DNA of 64,000 bases from Moniliella sp. 'wahieum' (taxonomy: Eukaryota). This document shows positions 1 through 12,859 of the stretch, one piece after another (positions within the stretch are counted from its first letter, which is position 1; every line of letters begins with the position of its first letter). The notes beneath the pieces are model-generated. The model was not told where the DNA came from. It ran no database searches and saw nothing but the letters and a program-made list of their open reading frames with translations. The translations under genes and the position numbers were made by a program. The stretch lies in assembly GCA_003971905.1 (NCBI GenBank), contig RSEE01000070.1, forward strand, positions 124,001-188,000. Reading direction: 5' to 3'.

Positions 1-169
1 TAATATGTTATTTCCAAGCACACTTCCACAAGCACATATCATGGCATTCTACCCCATCATCTGTAGATGCACACTGGTTGAAATTGATGATATATACGGA
101 TGTACCATTTACCCCAGGCGCTCAATCTCGGAGTACCACTCAAATAATGGCGTTAATGACGTTGGAACG

Positions 170-582
170 ATCGCCTTCTCACCTCGAGCGGCATGCAGGC
201 CACCAGGAGGCACCACTCCCCCCGCTCTGCTCCAGCAGAACCGCCGCAAAACCACCAGCAGCACAGCAACAGGCCAACAATGCGATGCATCGCCGCACCA
301 CGACTGTGTCCCATTAGCGAGAGGGGCACCACAACAACAGTAGCAAAACAGCAACAGTCCAGCCATGCCGAGAATCGCCGCACCACCTCTGTGTCCCATT
401 CGCGAGGAGGACAACAGAAACGGCAGCAACTGCAATCCAGCCATGCCGAGCACCGTCGTATCCCCTCTGTGCCCCATTCGCGAGGCTGCTGGTCCCATAA
501 GTACCCATCCCCCTCTCGGTCGAAGGTGCCTCCTGCACTCCCTTCCTCGCACCACCACCCCCAGCTCCCATCACTCGCCATT
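170..582 (+). repeat. Dispersed repeat (upstream region of a multicopy gene) containing ~3 tandem ~80-bp units; second copy at 63780-64000
   Basis: A unit of the form CAGCAAC..AGCCATGCCGAG..CGCACCACCTCTGTGTCCCATTCGCGAGG recurs at ~262-325, ~335-410 and ~413-485. The following CCCTCTCGGTCGA..GTGCCTCC.GCACTCCCTTCCTC.CACCACCACCC..AGCTCC matches 63929-63990. Confidence 0.8.
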
Positions 583-2264
583 ATGTCCTACGCACCCGAT
601 GAGCTCAACACCCTGCCCTTGGCATTCCCCCACGCTGCTACTGGTCCCATCGCCCATGGAGCGCGGCCAACCACAAACACTTTCCCGCCCATCTCTACTT
701 GGCTCATCCCTACGAGCGGCCCCGCCCGTTGAGTCCCCTTTCCCCCTGGCGCGCCTCGTCCAGATGCCCCCCCCGCAGGGAAGTACGAACGCATTCGTCG
801 TTAGCAATTGGCGATTGGCTTCCGTGGTGGCCAACTCTGTCCTTTTGGATCCGTTTCTCTCCCTTCAGAAGAGGTCCAGGGCGATCAGGAAACTCTGCTT
901 CATTTTGGACAGTCTGTGGTGGTCCATGGCTACGTCGTACGAACAGATGGAGCTGCATGGCTATGTCACATCGCTCGTGCGAGAAATCTCCTCGTGTCCG
1001 ACTGGGGGTCTGGACGAGGATTTGGCACATAGCCTGCCCGCGCTTACAACCGAGGTCGGATTCATCCCCCCAACCAACCTCCCCCCCATTCCTCCGCACT
1101 GGTTAGTTGACACACCTACTACAGGGGCAAATGGTACGTTTTCCCTCATCTCTTAGCATCTCTTTTCTAACCGCGTTTGGACTCCCTTTCACCAGTCGGC
1201 AGTACTTCTTTTGCTCCGGAGTCCTCGACTGCGTTGAAGAGGACTGAGGGAGTGCCCATGGTCCTACTCTCATCACCGGGAGGTATCAACACCTCTCCCA
1301 ATGCTGGTTTCGAAGAACAATCGGGGTACACCTCTTCCAGGCCATCTTCTTTTTCCCCCACACCAAGCCCTGCCCTGCGCTCGCGTCCGCCTCCCAAGAA
1401 AAAAGAACCCCCCGTCCCCACCTAAGAAACGGGGTCGGCCTCCAAAGCCGCTGGGCAAAAAGCAGACAAGCCTGCGCGTATCAAGCGGCCCCTTGGCCGT
1501 CCCCCCAAGCTCCAGCCGAGCTCTTCCATATCTTCCTCGCCCCCTCCCGTATCAGGCCGAGTACTGTTTCCACGTCCCCTGTCACGCCTGCGCCTAGGCG
1601 ACCCCGCCGCCGTCCCACAAGCTCCAGTGGAGCTCTTCCATGTCTGCCTCGCCCCCTCCTGTCTCAGGTCTGGAAGCAACCTCCAGCTCCTCCGGCTTCC
1701 CTTCTTTGACTGATTCCGCAACTGAGCATCTTCTTCCTTTGCTCGACATCGCCACCTCGCCCGCTACGGTCCACGGTCCGGGAGCAGCCTCCAGTCCCCC
1801 GACTTCCTTTGACCTTTATTCCAGCTGAGCGTCATTTCATATTTGTCCCCCCGCCCGCCACGGATGAACTAAACCCGCCTCCTCTCTCGGATCTCATCCC
1901 AGAGATGGAGCTTGTCTGGGAAGTTTCGGCCTCCCGACGCTCTGTGTAAGACGACTCTCGGGCATGCCCCTTTAATTGATTGCAAGACTGGTTCAGTGGG
2001 TGCCAGTATTGGTTTTACTCCCCTTTTACAATCGATTTGGGATGTGCGACCAAGACCCAAGTTCATTTGATTGATCGGCTTCTTGAAGCTCAGAAAGAAA
2101 GAAAAAAACTTGGCGCACAAAAGCTATGGTTCTTATCGATGGTTCTCATATTCCTTTCGTATCCTTCTTCAATGATCGTGGGCTCGAGACCCGTCTCACC
2201 CATTGTCATATCGCATTTCCCTTTTACTTGTATTGATTTGCTTTGTTGTCTTCTAGTAATATAG
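583..2264 (+). CDS. Hypothetical AT-hook-containing protein (multicopy family, possibly TE-associated); 3' end uncertain
   Basis: ATG at 583. Intron 1134-1195 (GTACGT..CTAAC..CAG) joins ORF 365..1156 in frame to 'VGSTSFAPES'. AT-hook-like motifs KKRGRPPK (1424-1447) and KRPLGRPPK (1483-1509). Several frameshifts. Confidence 0.45.
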
Positions 2265-2791
2265 ATCACGGTTCTGTAGGCCACGCTGCTTGTTCTCTGA
2301 GAATTGTTGTCAGCCACCCTATATACACTACGTCTTTTTTCCCTATCCACATGCGTATATGCGATTCTCAGCATGCCATTTCCACATCATGATGGGATGT
2401 ACACCAGAGTATCATATACTGTGCAGGCTGGCTACAATACATCAACACTTCACCCCAGTACCCCTCCGATGGATATGAATGAGAGGGGACAGTGGACAGA
2501 ATCTGCGATGACACTCGGGGGCGATTGAATGCAAGGACAGTGAGGGAACGTCAGGAGGTGCTGCACTTGCCACCAGCAAACCGGACTAACGTTGAGAAGG
2601 GGAGGAGGGGTTGTGCTATCGACTAGCTCATCTTCTCCGACTTGATATGAAACTCAGTCGATCACGTTGATCGCACGTATACATGTCCCGTTCCACCCCT
2701 GTCCTTCCAGGGTTAATTCAATGAGCTATTTGACGATGCCATTAACAGAAGCTAGGTGGTAGGTATGCAATAATTGAACTTAAGAACACGG

Positions 2792-4562
2792 TTAGGTGGC
2801 CTGACCAATTGTGTCCATCGCGTCCAGACCATCGTCCCCGTCGTCTTCCACCGGGTAGGAAGGTACGACGCCATCCCAGAAGGCACACCAGGGTGTGGCA
2901 TTCGAAATGAAGGCATGGGCCACGACTCGCGCTGCTGGAAGGGAGGGGGTATTGCTGCACTTGCCCGCGTTGCCCCGCTTGATTTCATGCGGAAGGGGAA
3001 CGTGGTGCAGACGAACTAATTTGTCCTGGGCTACCGAAACGAACCGAGCCATGCTGCGCTTCGTGCTACGCCCGCTTTCTTCCCTCGCTCTCGCTCTCGC
3101 TGGTAGGAGGTGGGAGAGTGAGCATGCTCGTCACGGTCCCGGCAGGGGCTTTGATGCGGGACACCTTCCCCGCCGACCAATCGACGAGATACGCCCCCGT
3201 GTCGGTATCCGAAACATATACCAGCCCTGGTTGGGAAGCTGGGACCAAGATGGAGCGGATAGCGGGCCGAGGCTTGCCTGCCCCCAGGGTCGTGTGGGTG
3301 CGCGAACCATGGGTCAGGATCGATTCCGACGCAGCCTTGGACACGTGGATCGCCTGTTGCTCTTGCGGCAGCGAACCAGGCGTCGCGCCAGCATGGTGAG
3401 GCGGGAAGTCACGATGAAACTCAGGCGCATCCAGCTTGGCTCCCACTCCACCTAGCAATGCAAATTCAGCAATGTGGTAACCAGAGGTACTGGGCTCGGA
3501 CCGGGCCGATGCGGTGGCCGTCTTGGCCTTTTTGGGTTGTGGCTCGTCGTCCTTTGCTCCTCTTCAACTGGTAGGGGGAAAGGATTGGGGTCGTACACCC
3601 TCATTAACCCTGTCCTCGTTCCAGCCAGGACTAGGGTTCCAGGGGCAATGTGGGTGGGTCTTCAGCCGGTAGCATTTCGGCGGGTGGAACAAAGCGAGGG
3701 TGGTCAAATTGGGCTTGCGATCCATGCGCAACACATCGGGTGGCAGTCGTTTGGCTTGGTATACTTGTCCTGGCCATTTGGCTGGGATGGCACGGCCATA
3801 GGGACGACCACGTTTTCGCCCGCCGTTCCGATGTCGGGTGGCGAGGGCGGACGAACAACAGGGGATGAGGATGCCATGGACGTATCGTCCTCCGACAAGG
3901 AAGAGAAAGCGTCCGAAAGAGAAACAATTGTGAGGGGTACGTCTTGACCCCCAAAGGCAACATGTGTCACGCGCCCCTCCTGTTCGAGGAAGGCACTAGT
4001 CATCAGGGGATGGCTGGGGGTGGCAAGCATTATGGATTGGCGTCGACGGTCTGAGTGGCGCCCGGCTCAGTTGCGTCAAATCGCACCCTCCACAGCTCGC
4101 CATCGGACGCCATCATCCATACTACATCATCGGCCACAGCAGCAGCGAGCCAGCGGGTCTGGTTGACCTTGAATCTGGGCGAGTGGAACGCAAGCAGGAC
4201 CGCAGCGGGCTTAGGGGGGCCTGCACTGCTTTCGTCGTTCGAGGGGAGAAGGAAGACGTCCACCCGTCCATCACGGCGGCATGCAACACCCACACGGTTT
4301 CCAAGCAGAGTGCCGCGGACAAGAATCTGGATTGCACCCGATTTGACGGCTGGTGCTCCATGCTTTGCAGTCAGGTCCGAGGAGCGCAGGACGAGGCGGC
4401 TCGGGGTAAGGGCGGCGGCCGTGGCCGGGTCCAGGGGCCAGGGCCGGCGTCGAGGGGCACATCGACGACGGACAGGCCACCCTTGAGGTCGCCTACAACG
4501 AGGCGGTAGGAGGGCCCGGGACCAGGGGGGCTCGGGCCTCGGTCAGGTGCAGGCGGTGGCAT
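2792..4562 (-). CDS. NSA1: Ribosome biogenesis WD-like protein Nsa1/WDR74 (frameshifted in this assembly)
   Basis: Collinear minus-strand fragments: YRLVVGDLKGGLSVV, LGVACRRDGRVDVF, THVAFGGQDVPLTIV, LVYVSDTDTGAYLVDW, VSVAQDKLVRLH, PWCAFWDG. Order and motifs resemble Nsa1. Confidence 0.6.
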
Positions 4563-4876
4563 GGTGGCTCTGTGGTGGCTGTGGAGCGGGACTTGTGGAA
4601 ATGGGCTCTAGGGCCGCCGCTGGAAAAAAAAACCGCTGGCGGAATGCCAAGGGCGGAACGGGGGACGGCGGGTGGGGGGGGTTCTGCTCCACGCGGTTGA
4701 AAGTTGAAATGGGAGGCGATTGAGGGTGCATGCGAGCAAGATGGTTGCATGGGCCCAGAAGAGGCTGGCAGCGCACGGGGCAGTGTCCACGTGGGTCGCC
4801 CGGCGACGTGGCACAAGGAATGGAAAACGCATGGCTCGCCTTCCTCCGCGGACAGGCCACCTCCACCACAGCCACC

Positions 4877-7800
4877 ATGTCGACGCGGGGCCATGCGCGC
4901 CCGCTGAGCGTCGCCGACAGCTCGGCGCTGTTTGGCGGCCCAGCCTCGCAGGGTGTCGTCCTTTGGCGCCATCGACGAGGACGAGCCGGCTGAGCCGCAG
5001 GCGGCGGCGGCTCCGACGGCGCCTGGGGGCGCTGCCTCGGCGGTGGAGCAGGAGTACGCGGACTACTACCAGTACTACCAGCAGCAGGACAATGCCTACT
5101 CCTACGACCCCGCCCAGAACCCCTATGCAGCCCAGCCCCAGACTCAGCCCCAACCCCAGCCTCAACCCACAGCCTCCACCGCAGCTCCAACCCCAACCCC
5201 CGCCGAGCGCGTACAGCTACGATGCGCCGAGCAGCCGCGCCGGATCCCGCCTGGGCCGTTCGACGCTGCAGGGCAGTATGCATACGACTCGCCCGCACTC
5301 GCTCCCACCCGTTCCGCCCACCACCACCATAACAACCACAACCACAACCAGTTGGCGGCTGCCCTTGGTTCAAGTGCTTATCAACACCCGCTGAACCAGC
5401 CCCAGAGCAGTCGTATGGTGACTATTCTCAGTTCTATGCCCAGGACAATGCATACGCTGTGCCTGCGGGGCAGGCGTAGGCGCTGCTGCAGCGACACCGG
5501 CCCAGACAGGGCATGGGGGATATGACCCCCAGGCGTACAATTATTACGGCCAGAGTGCCTATGCGCCCCAGGGTCAAGCGCAAGCACATGCTCAACTCCA
5601 GAGCCAATACGCTCCTTCCCAGCCTGTGCAGCAGCAGACTCAAGGCCAAGCTCAAGGCCAGTATGGCCAAGGCTATGGCTACGGGTATGACCAGAAAATG
5701 GATATGACTATGGGGACCAGAACTATGCGCAGACACGCAAGCCTACGCACAGGGTACCCAGCCGTATTCACAGGACACCCAGGCTATGCACAGGACACCC
5801 AGCCTATGCACAACACCCAGCGTATGCGCAGGACAACCAAGCGTATGCCCATTCCTCCTCCGTGCCTGCTCAGCAACCACAAACCCAGCCCAGCCTGACC
5901 CGTATGCACCGGAGTACGCCCAATCGGCCGCTGATGCGGTAGCAGACGAGCAAAACTACGCGGCGTATTATGGGTACGGAAACGAGTATGCTCTTCCCAA
6001 TCAGAATCAGGCTCAAGTCGCAGCCCCAACTCAAGCTCCTGTTGTGCCTGCGGCTCACGCTCAGCCTGATCCGTACGCTTCTGCCTCACCTGCGCAAGCC
6101 GCCCCTGCTCCTCCGCCCAAAGGCCCACCTCGTGCCCCGCCCAAAGCTCAGCCTCCTCCCCGGGCTCAGCCCTCAGCCCCCTCCGGTGCAAAGCCAGTAC
6201 AGCCCCGTCAGACCCCCGTATCGGTATCTGCGCGACACCCATTCAGGCGTCTGCCCCTCCTCGGGGGCTTCCGTCGCAGGTCTCTCGCCCGCCTTCTACT
6301 CGGACGGTTGCCTCGCCTGCGCTCTCAGCGCGCGCACCTCCGAAGCCAGCAAACTTGGCCAAGCCCCCCTCGGCCCCTTCGGCGGTATCGGCCAAGCCAG
6401 GTGTGGTCTCTCCTCCGCTCGCGAATCGCGATCTAATGCCACATCTCCTGCTCCTTCGATGCATGGTCCCGGCGTAGCCTCCCCCCCTCTCTACTCGTGG
6501 ACCGTCGACTCGCCCACCCATGCGCGGCCCGCCCAATCGCACCCCTGTGGGAGTTCTGTCCCCTCCTACACGACCTGCGGCGTCATTGGGCTCGGTTCTT
6601 TCTCCACCGTCTAAGCCCTTGCGACCGACTCAAGGCCAAAGCGCCCCTACACCTCGCTTCGGCCCTAAAGTACGTCGTCCGTCCTGTACTACAATGTGTG
6701 CAAAACTGACCCTTCTACTCAGGCATCGGCCACTCCAGCAGTCCAACCTCCGGCGGCGTCCGCGGGTCCCGCTGCAGCTGCAGCTCCTTCTTCAGCTTCA
6801 GGCCTGGGTCTGGGACCAACCCACCCCCAGCACCGCCTGCGGGGCCAGAGCCCGACGCGGCGATTGCACCTCCCACCCCCGCCACCCCCACTACCCGCCC
6901 CTGTTCCTCCTGCGGGCCCTCCGCGTGGTCCTCCCTCTCGCGGAGGCCCGCCTCCCGGTCGCGGTGCGAGAGGTGGCGCTCGCGCCCCACTCAGAGGGGG
7001 AAGAGGGTCTTACCTCCTCCTGGAACGCAACCTCCTTCGGCTCCGATCGCACCGCAGGAACGTACCCCTCAAGCACGCCCCGTGCCCGAGGCTGATGCGG
7101 TTCCCTCGGCCCCCCCCAGGCGCCACCGGCCGCAGAGTCCGCGGCACTGATGACTCGTGTGCCCACCGCTCCCTCCGAAGCACCTTCCTCACCCCAAACG
7201 GCGGCCTCGGTGTCTATACGTTCCCCGTTATCTTGGCAGCCCTTTCGCCTCCCATGCCGGCCAAGCGACAGGTTCCGTTCCGTGCGCCGCCTGGCAACCT
7301 GCAGCTCCTCCGTCAGCTGTGCAGCGTGGCCCCATGCCCCCGCCAACCAGTCGCCCCCGCCAAGGGTCCGTCACGTCGACCACAAGCAACACGACTATTG
7401 GCACGTCGATTACTGGGTTCAACTTGCCGCCGCCGCAGGAGCCTGCGCCGTCGCTGACGGCCTCGCATTCGCTTGCTACCGTCATCCCTTCGCCCGTCGG
7501 CGAAAGCGAAGAAACGACAGAGTATCTCGCGGAGCATACGCACCCCGTCGATTCGGCTCCGTACGAGCAGGTGAATACCAACCCGACCGTATGCCCAGCA
7601 AGGTACTTTACCCTACTGGTGAGGAACAAGCCTACCCTGCTCCCGGGGAGCCAACGCACGCTACCGATGGTGTGCAGTCCTACGACTACGCCACTGATGG
7701 TCAAGAGTACGCTGCCCAAGCATCACAGACCCGTACGCCACCGCATACATGGTGAGGGCCAAGACGTGTACGCTCCTGAAGACCAACGCACGCTACTGAG

Positions 7801-10800
7801 GGCGAGCAGTATGCACCTGAAGGTGAGCAGTATGCACCTGAGGGTGAACAGTACGCACTGAAGGTGAGCATACGCGCGGAGTAGAGTACGCCGCTCAGAG
7901 AGCAGTATGCGCTGAAGTGATCAGTACGGCCGCTCAGGGAGAGCAGTATGCACCTGAGTGAGTACGCCGCTCAGAAGAACAGTACGCACCTGAAGGTGAA
8001 CAATATGCACCTGAGGGTGAGCAGTACGCACCTGAAGGTGAACATATGCACCTGAGGGTGAGCAGTATGCACCTGAGGGTGAGCAGTATGCACCTGAGGG
8101 TGAGCAGTATGCACCTGAGGTGAGCAGTATGCCACGAGGAGGAGTATCTTGCTCAAGGCCAGTACCCGGCCGAAGGCGAGCACGTCGCCGACCAACAGCA
8201 GCCTTACACTACCGAAGACGCACAGTATACGACAGAGTATGGGGCAGAGTATGCACCTACAGAAGGGTATGACCCAGCGGCTCAACCCGAGCAGGAGCAT
8301 CTGGGACCCGACGAAGACTACGCCACGGCACCTCCAGCTCCCTTCCCCGTCGCTTCTCCTTATACCCAGCCGTATGAGTACGAAGCGGAGGGCTGCCGCT
8401 GACCCCGGGCAGGAGTATGCGGAAGATGCGTACGGTGCTGAGGAAGGGTATGCTGGACAACAAGGCGAGTATCCTGCTCAAGATGGCGAATATGCTCCTC
8501 AAGAGGGCGAATATGCTCCTCAGGATGGGAGTATGCTCTCCAAGAGGGCGAGTATGCTGCTCAAGAGGGTGAGTATGCTGCTCAAGATGGCCAGTACGCA
8601 CCTCAAGAGGGTCATATGCGCAAGAGGGCGAGTATGCGCCTCAATATGGTGAGTACGCTGTACAGCAGGGTGAGTACCAAGACGGCCAATATGCGCAAGA
8701 AGGCGAGTACGCACAAGAAGGAGAGTACGCACAAGAAGGAGAGTACGCACAAGAAGGCGAGTATGAAACCAGGGAAGGGGCCGATCTTGCTGCTCCCAAG
8801 GGTGAGCCCAAGACTGAGGGAGACGACTTGGCAGGTCAACCGTCACAGGAAGCATATGATCCGTATGCCCCACAGGATACGGAGCAGGCCTATGCCCCGG
8901 CTGCATCCGAGGAGCAGAACGCACACGCGTCGGCTCCAGTCGCAGGGTATGGCGAGCACTACCAACCGGAGCAATACACCCAGCAGGAAGAGTATCCTCA
9001 GGACGCGCAAAGCTATCCTCATGATGGCCAGCCCATGGGTCAAGAGGGGGAGTATGGTGCCGAGGAAGGGTACCCCGACCCCGCATACACTGATCAAGAT
9101 GGCCAGTACGCGACGCAAGAGGGCCAGTATGCACCCCAACAAGAGTATGCGGCCCAGGAGGGGTCGTACGACGTCCAAGATGGATATGGCGCCGAAGCAG
9201 GCGCTTATGCCCCCGAGGGTCAGCAACAAGCCGGCCCAGTGCTGGACGAATCGGTGGCGATGGACGGTTACGCGCCTGATTCCCAAGCCGCCGCAGTTGG
9301 CGCACAGGATGGGTATGCATCTACGGATGCTTACGGTGTTGCACAGGACCCATATGCGCCTGTTGATCCTTATGCTCCGGCGGATCCGTACGCACCAGTC
9401 GATGCGTATCAAGGCCAAGGCTATGGCGGGTACGAGGACCAATCGCGCGAGCTCGGAGCTGGTGGATTGACGGCTACCCTCCTGCCGGTGAAGCTGGCAC
9501 GGCAGGATATGACATGTATGGCGGCGGTGACTATGCCCCTACGGGTATGCCACTCAAGGTCTGCCGGATGTGTTGGAGGAGCATCGCCGCCCACGGCCCA
9601 TCGTATCATTTGGTCCCGCTGGCCAGGTGGTTACCGTCTTCCCTGGCGCTGCCTTGCCGTCGGGTATGGGCAAGGGCACGCTAGCGCACATCCATCAGAT
9701 GCGTGAATTCCTTCCTGGCTCTTCGTACGGTCGACTGTTCGACCTGGACGACATAACGACCCCTCCCTTTGAGCGTCCGCGCCTTCAGGGGCCCTGTCTC
9801 GCGCCACGGGCGCTGGTGGCGCCACCATCAAGGCCAAGAAGGCTGCCCTGATGCAATTGTTGCAAGGCAAGGTTGACGAGGCAAAGAAGGCGGTGCAGTA
9901 TCTCCGCTCCCACTCATCGTCCGCACGTAGCATGCCTCGGAGTCGCGCTGCTACCCCCCCACCCCTACGGTAGTCCAACAGGAGCCTTCGCCAGAGGGGG
10001 TTAGCGAGGCTGATTTGATGGAAGATCGCATCTTGCTTCTTCAGATCATCGTCATTCTCCTCCAACACGATGGTGGTGTGGCCAATCCGTACGTATTCCC
10101 CTCTGATTGAGCAACGCCGACTAGTTGATCTGACCTTTTTGATGTGAACAGAACTGCGTTTGATGATGCAGTCGCTGGCTTGCTCCGAGAAGCAGCAGTC
10201 AGTCGGCGACAAGCAGTGCCCGCCTCAGCCGCCCCAGCGATTGGTTCTACAGCACCCGGTGCTCCCACCTTGGCTTTGAACGGACACAATGTCAATAAGC
10301 TGGTATCCGACGAGCAGGGTTCCCATGCTACTGTCTTGGCCGAGTTGGAAGGTCTTTTGATGCATGGCCAGCGGCGCGATGCTCTTACTCTGGCCGTCAA
10401 TGCCGGCCTGTTTGACCATGCGCTGGTCATTGCTTCGTCACTCGACAAGGATATTTGGCGTGAGACGGTGGAAAATTCATCTCACACACGGCCTGATGGA
10501 CGGTCGGCACCCGAGGATGATGCGCTGGAGCCCCCTCAACCCGCTTATATGGGCTCGCGTCGCAGTAGTGCCGCCAATTCGGCTGCCACGGCCGCGACGG
10601 GCGTGACGGTGAACTTGAGTCCCAATCTGCGTTTGAGCCAGGCAGACCTCCAAGTGGCCTACTCGCCACCTTGCTGGTCAAAACCCCGGATGGGTGAAGA
10701 ACTTTTTCTCGCACCAATGCTTGGGAGAGGATGCCCATGCCGTTTGGCCCGCTGCCGCTGCTCTGATCCTCAGCACTCGCGCCAAGGGAGACACCTCATC

Positions 10801-12859
10801 TTTACTCGCCATGGGCGATGGTCTGCGTGCGCAGGGCCGCTTTGTGGCTGCCCAGTTCTTGTTTCCTTCTCGCACCTCCCCAGATTGTGTTCGGCAATGC
10901 GGAGCAAGGGGCTCGCATCACGCTCATTGGCTCGGACAACCCGCTACAGGACTTCTGTTTCCGTCGCAACGTCGACCACATTTGCCTCACCGAAATCGTC
11001 GAATTTGCGTTGTCACTCGCGCCTGTACCTAAAGGGGCAGAACCGTTGCAGGTCTTCCGCACCTTCAAGCATACAAGCTTTTACATGCGTATCAGCTTGC
11101 GGAGGCAGGTGAGACGGCCGCCGCCAGCAAGTATTGCGACGCCATCTCCACTGCTATCAAAGCGGCTGCGCCCACCAAGTCCATTCCCCCTGGCGCGCCT
11201 CAACCTGGTGGAGGGTACTACCATGTGACGCTGCTTGAGCAACTTAAAGAGGCATCGATGCTCTTTGCCCCCCCATTCGCAAGGAAAGTCGTCTTGGACA
11301 ACCAAGATCCAGCGCCCGACTATGGATGGGATGGGTGGCGCCCTGGAGGGCTTCTTGACCAAGTTCATCGCTGGTGACGACGAGCAGACTTCCCCCACGA
11401 AACCCGACAAGGCTGGCCCCAAGGAGGAGTCTGAGGAGATTGGCCCCTTCTCTCACTTTAGTGCCATCACTCCCGCATCGAGCTGTGGGGGCACCCGAGC
11501 GCGCTCCTTCCGCACTTAGCCTGCGCGCGCCCTCGCCGTACCAGCGGGCACCGTCAGCTCAATCGTGCACCATCCCAACCTTCTCCTCACGCCTCTAGGT
11601 GCACCTCCTCGACCGTCGGAGTTGGGTCGTTCGTCTATGGCGACTGAATCGTCCGTCACACCCTTCCACACGGCTGGGCCTTCCCGTGCTACGAGCCCTA
11701 GCCCGTACGCCCCAGGCGCGTCGGTCGTTGATCCGTACGCTCCCCATGGGGGCCAATCGGCGATGGACCCTTACGCGCCAGGAGCTGATGCGGGTGAGGC
11801 GGCAGGTGACCCGTATGCGCCGGGAGCTGATGCTGGGCAGGCAGAAGTCGACCCTTATGCGCCGGCACCTCAAACGGGAGTTTGGACGGAAGATCAGCCG
11901 GATGCGTATGCACTCGGGCCCGACTCGCACCCCATGGAGAATGATTTGACGGTTGTGCCGGATGACCGAGCCGAGACACCTCAACCTCAACCTTCGTCAA
12001 CGGGCCACGAAACCGCGTTGACAGCTGCAGAGGAGACTCCATTGTCAGGCTCGGTCGACGAGTACGAGGATGCGCCCATGGACGGCGAGAATGCCGAGCC
12101 CAACTCGGACGGTTTCCTGCAGATGGCAGCCGTGCCGGACTTTGGCGTAGCATCTTCATCTGAGCCTCAACATGAAGAGCGGGAGGAGGAGACGATGACG
12201 ACCTGGGCCTAGGCAACGCTGCCAACAGCAGCCAGGATAAGGATGCGAAGGCCGAACAGAAAAAGCGGAGGAGGCCGCCAAGGCGCGTGAAGCTGAGGAA
12301 AAGGCCAAGAACGGGGGAGGATGGCTGAGTCGCCTGTTTACCAAAAAGCAAACATGACGGAGGATGGCAAGCCAGTGTACAAGGCTCATCTGGGAGGTGA
12401 GAAGACGAGGTACTACGACAAGGAACTCAAGCGCTGGATCAAGCCTGGGCAGGAAGACGAAGTCGCTGCCTCGGCTACGCCGCCCCCCCCGTGGACCGGG
12501 CAAGTCAGTGCCCAAGTCCGAGCCAGCGACAAGGGTTGGGACGCCGGCCGGCGCGCCCGCCGGCCATGACGGTGCCACTCCTTCAGGTCCTCCTCGTGCC
12601 ACTTCCTCTTTGGCAGGGAGGGAAGACCATGCGGCTCTTCAGCCCCCACAAACGCCAGCTCCGCCCGCTGGCCCGGCGGCCAAGTCAGCACCTGCCTCTA
12701 CCGCCGGGTCGGGGCCGCCTTCGTCCTCAGCGACGCCTACGCGCCGGGCACACAGACCCCTACCCCGTCACAGCACCGGGTGAGCCGACGCCTGGTCCCC
12801 CGCGTGCGGGGCGCAACAAGAAAAAGCCGCTGAACCGTCGCTATGTCCCCCTTAGCTAG
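4877..12859 (+). CDS. SEC16: COPII coat assembly scaffold Sec16 with a very long low-complexity N-terminus
   Basis: Central conserved domain fragments: PIVSFGPAGQVVTVFP, LLMHGQRRDALTLAVNAGLFDHALVIASSL, LLAMGDGLRAQGRFVAAQF, LTEIVEFALSL, PHLQAYKLLHA. C-terminal YKAHLGGEKTRYYDKELKRWI and RRYV. Many frameshifts. Confidence 0.85.
7795..8770 (+). repeat. Coding minisatellites in SEC16: 21-bp EGEQYAP and QEGEYAP units, 18-bp QEGEYA units
   Basis: GAGGGTGAGCAGTATGCACCT repeated at ~7798-8130; CAAGAGGGCGAATATGCTCCT-type units at ~8460-8640; CAAGAAGGAGAGTACGCA at ~8696-8765. Confidence 0.9.

Noticed and set aside
7795..8770. Regular repeats that could be mistaken for a CRISPR array
   Set aside because: Head-to-tail coding units with no unique spacers, inside a eukaryotic SEC16 ORF.
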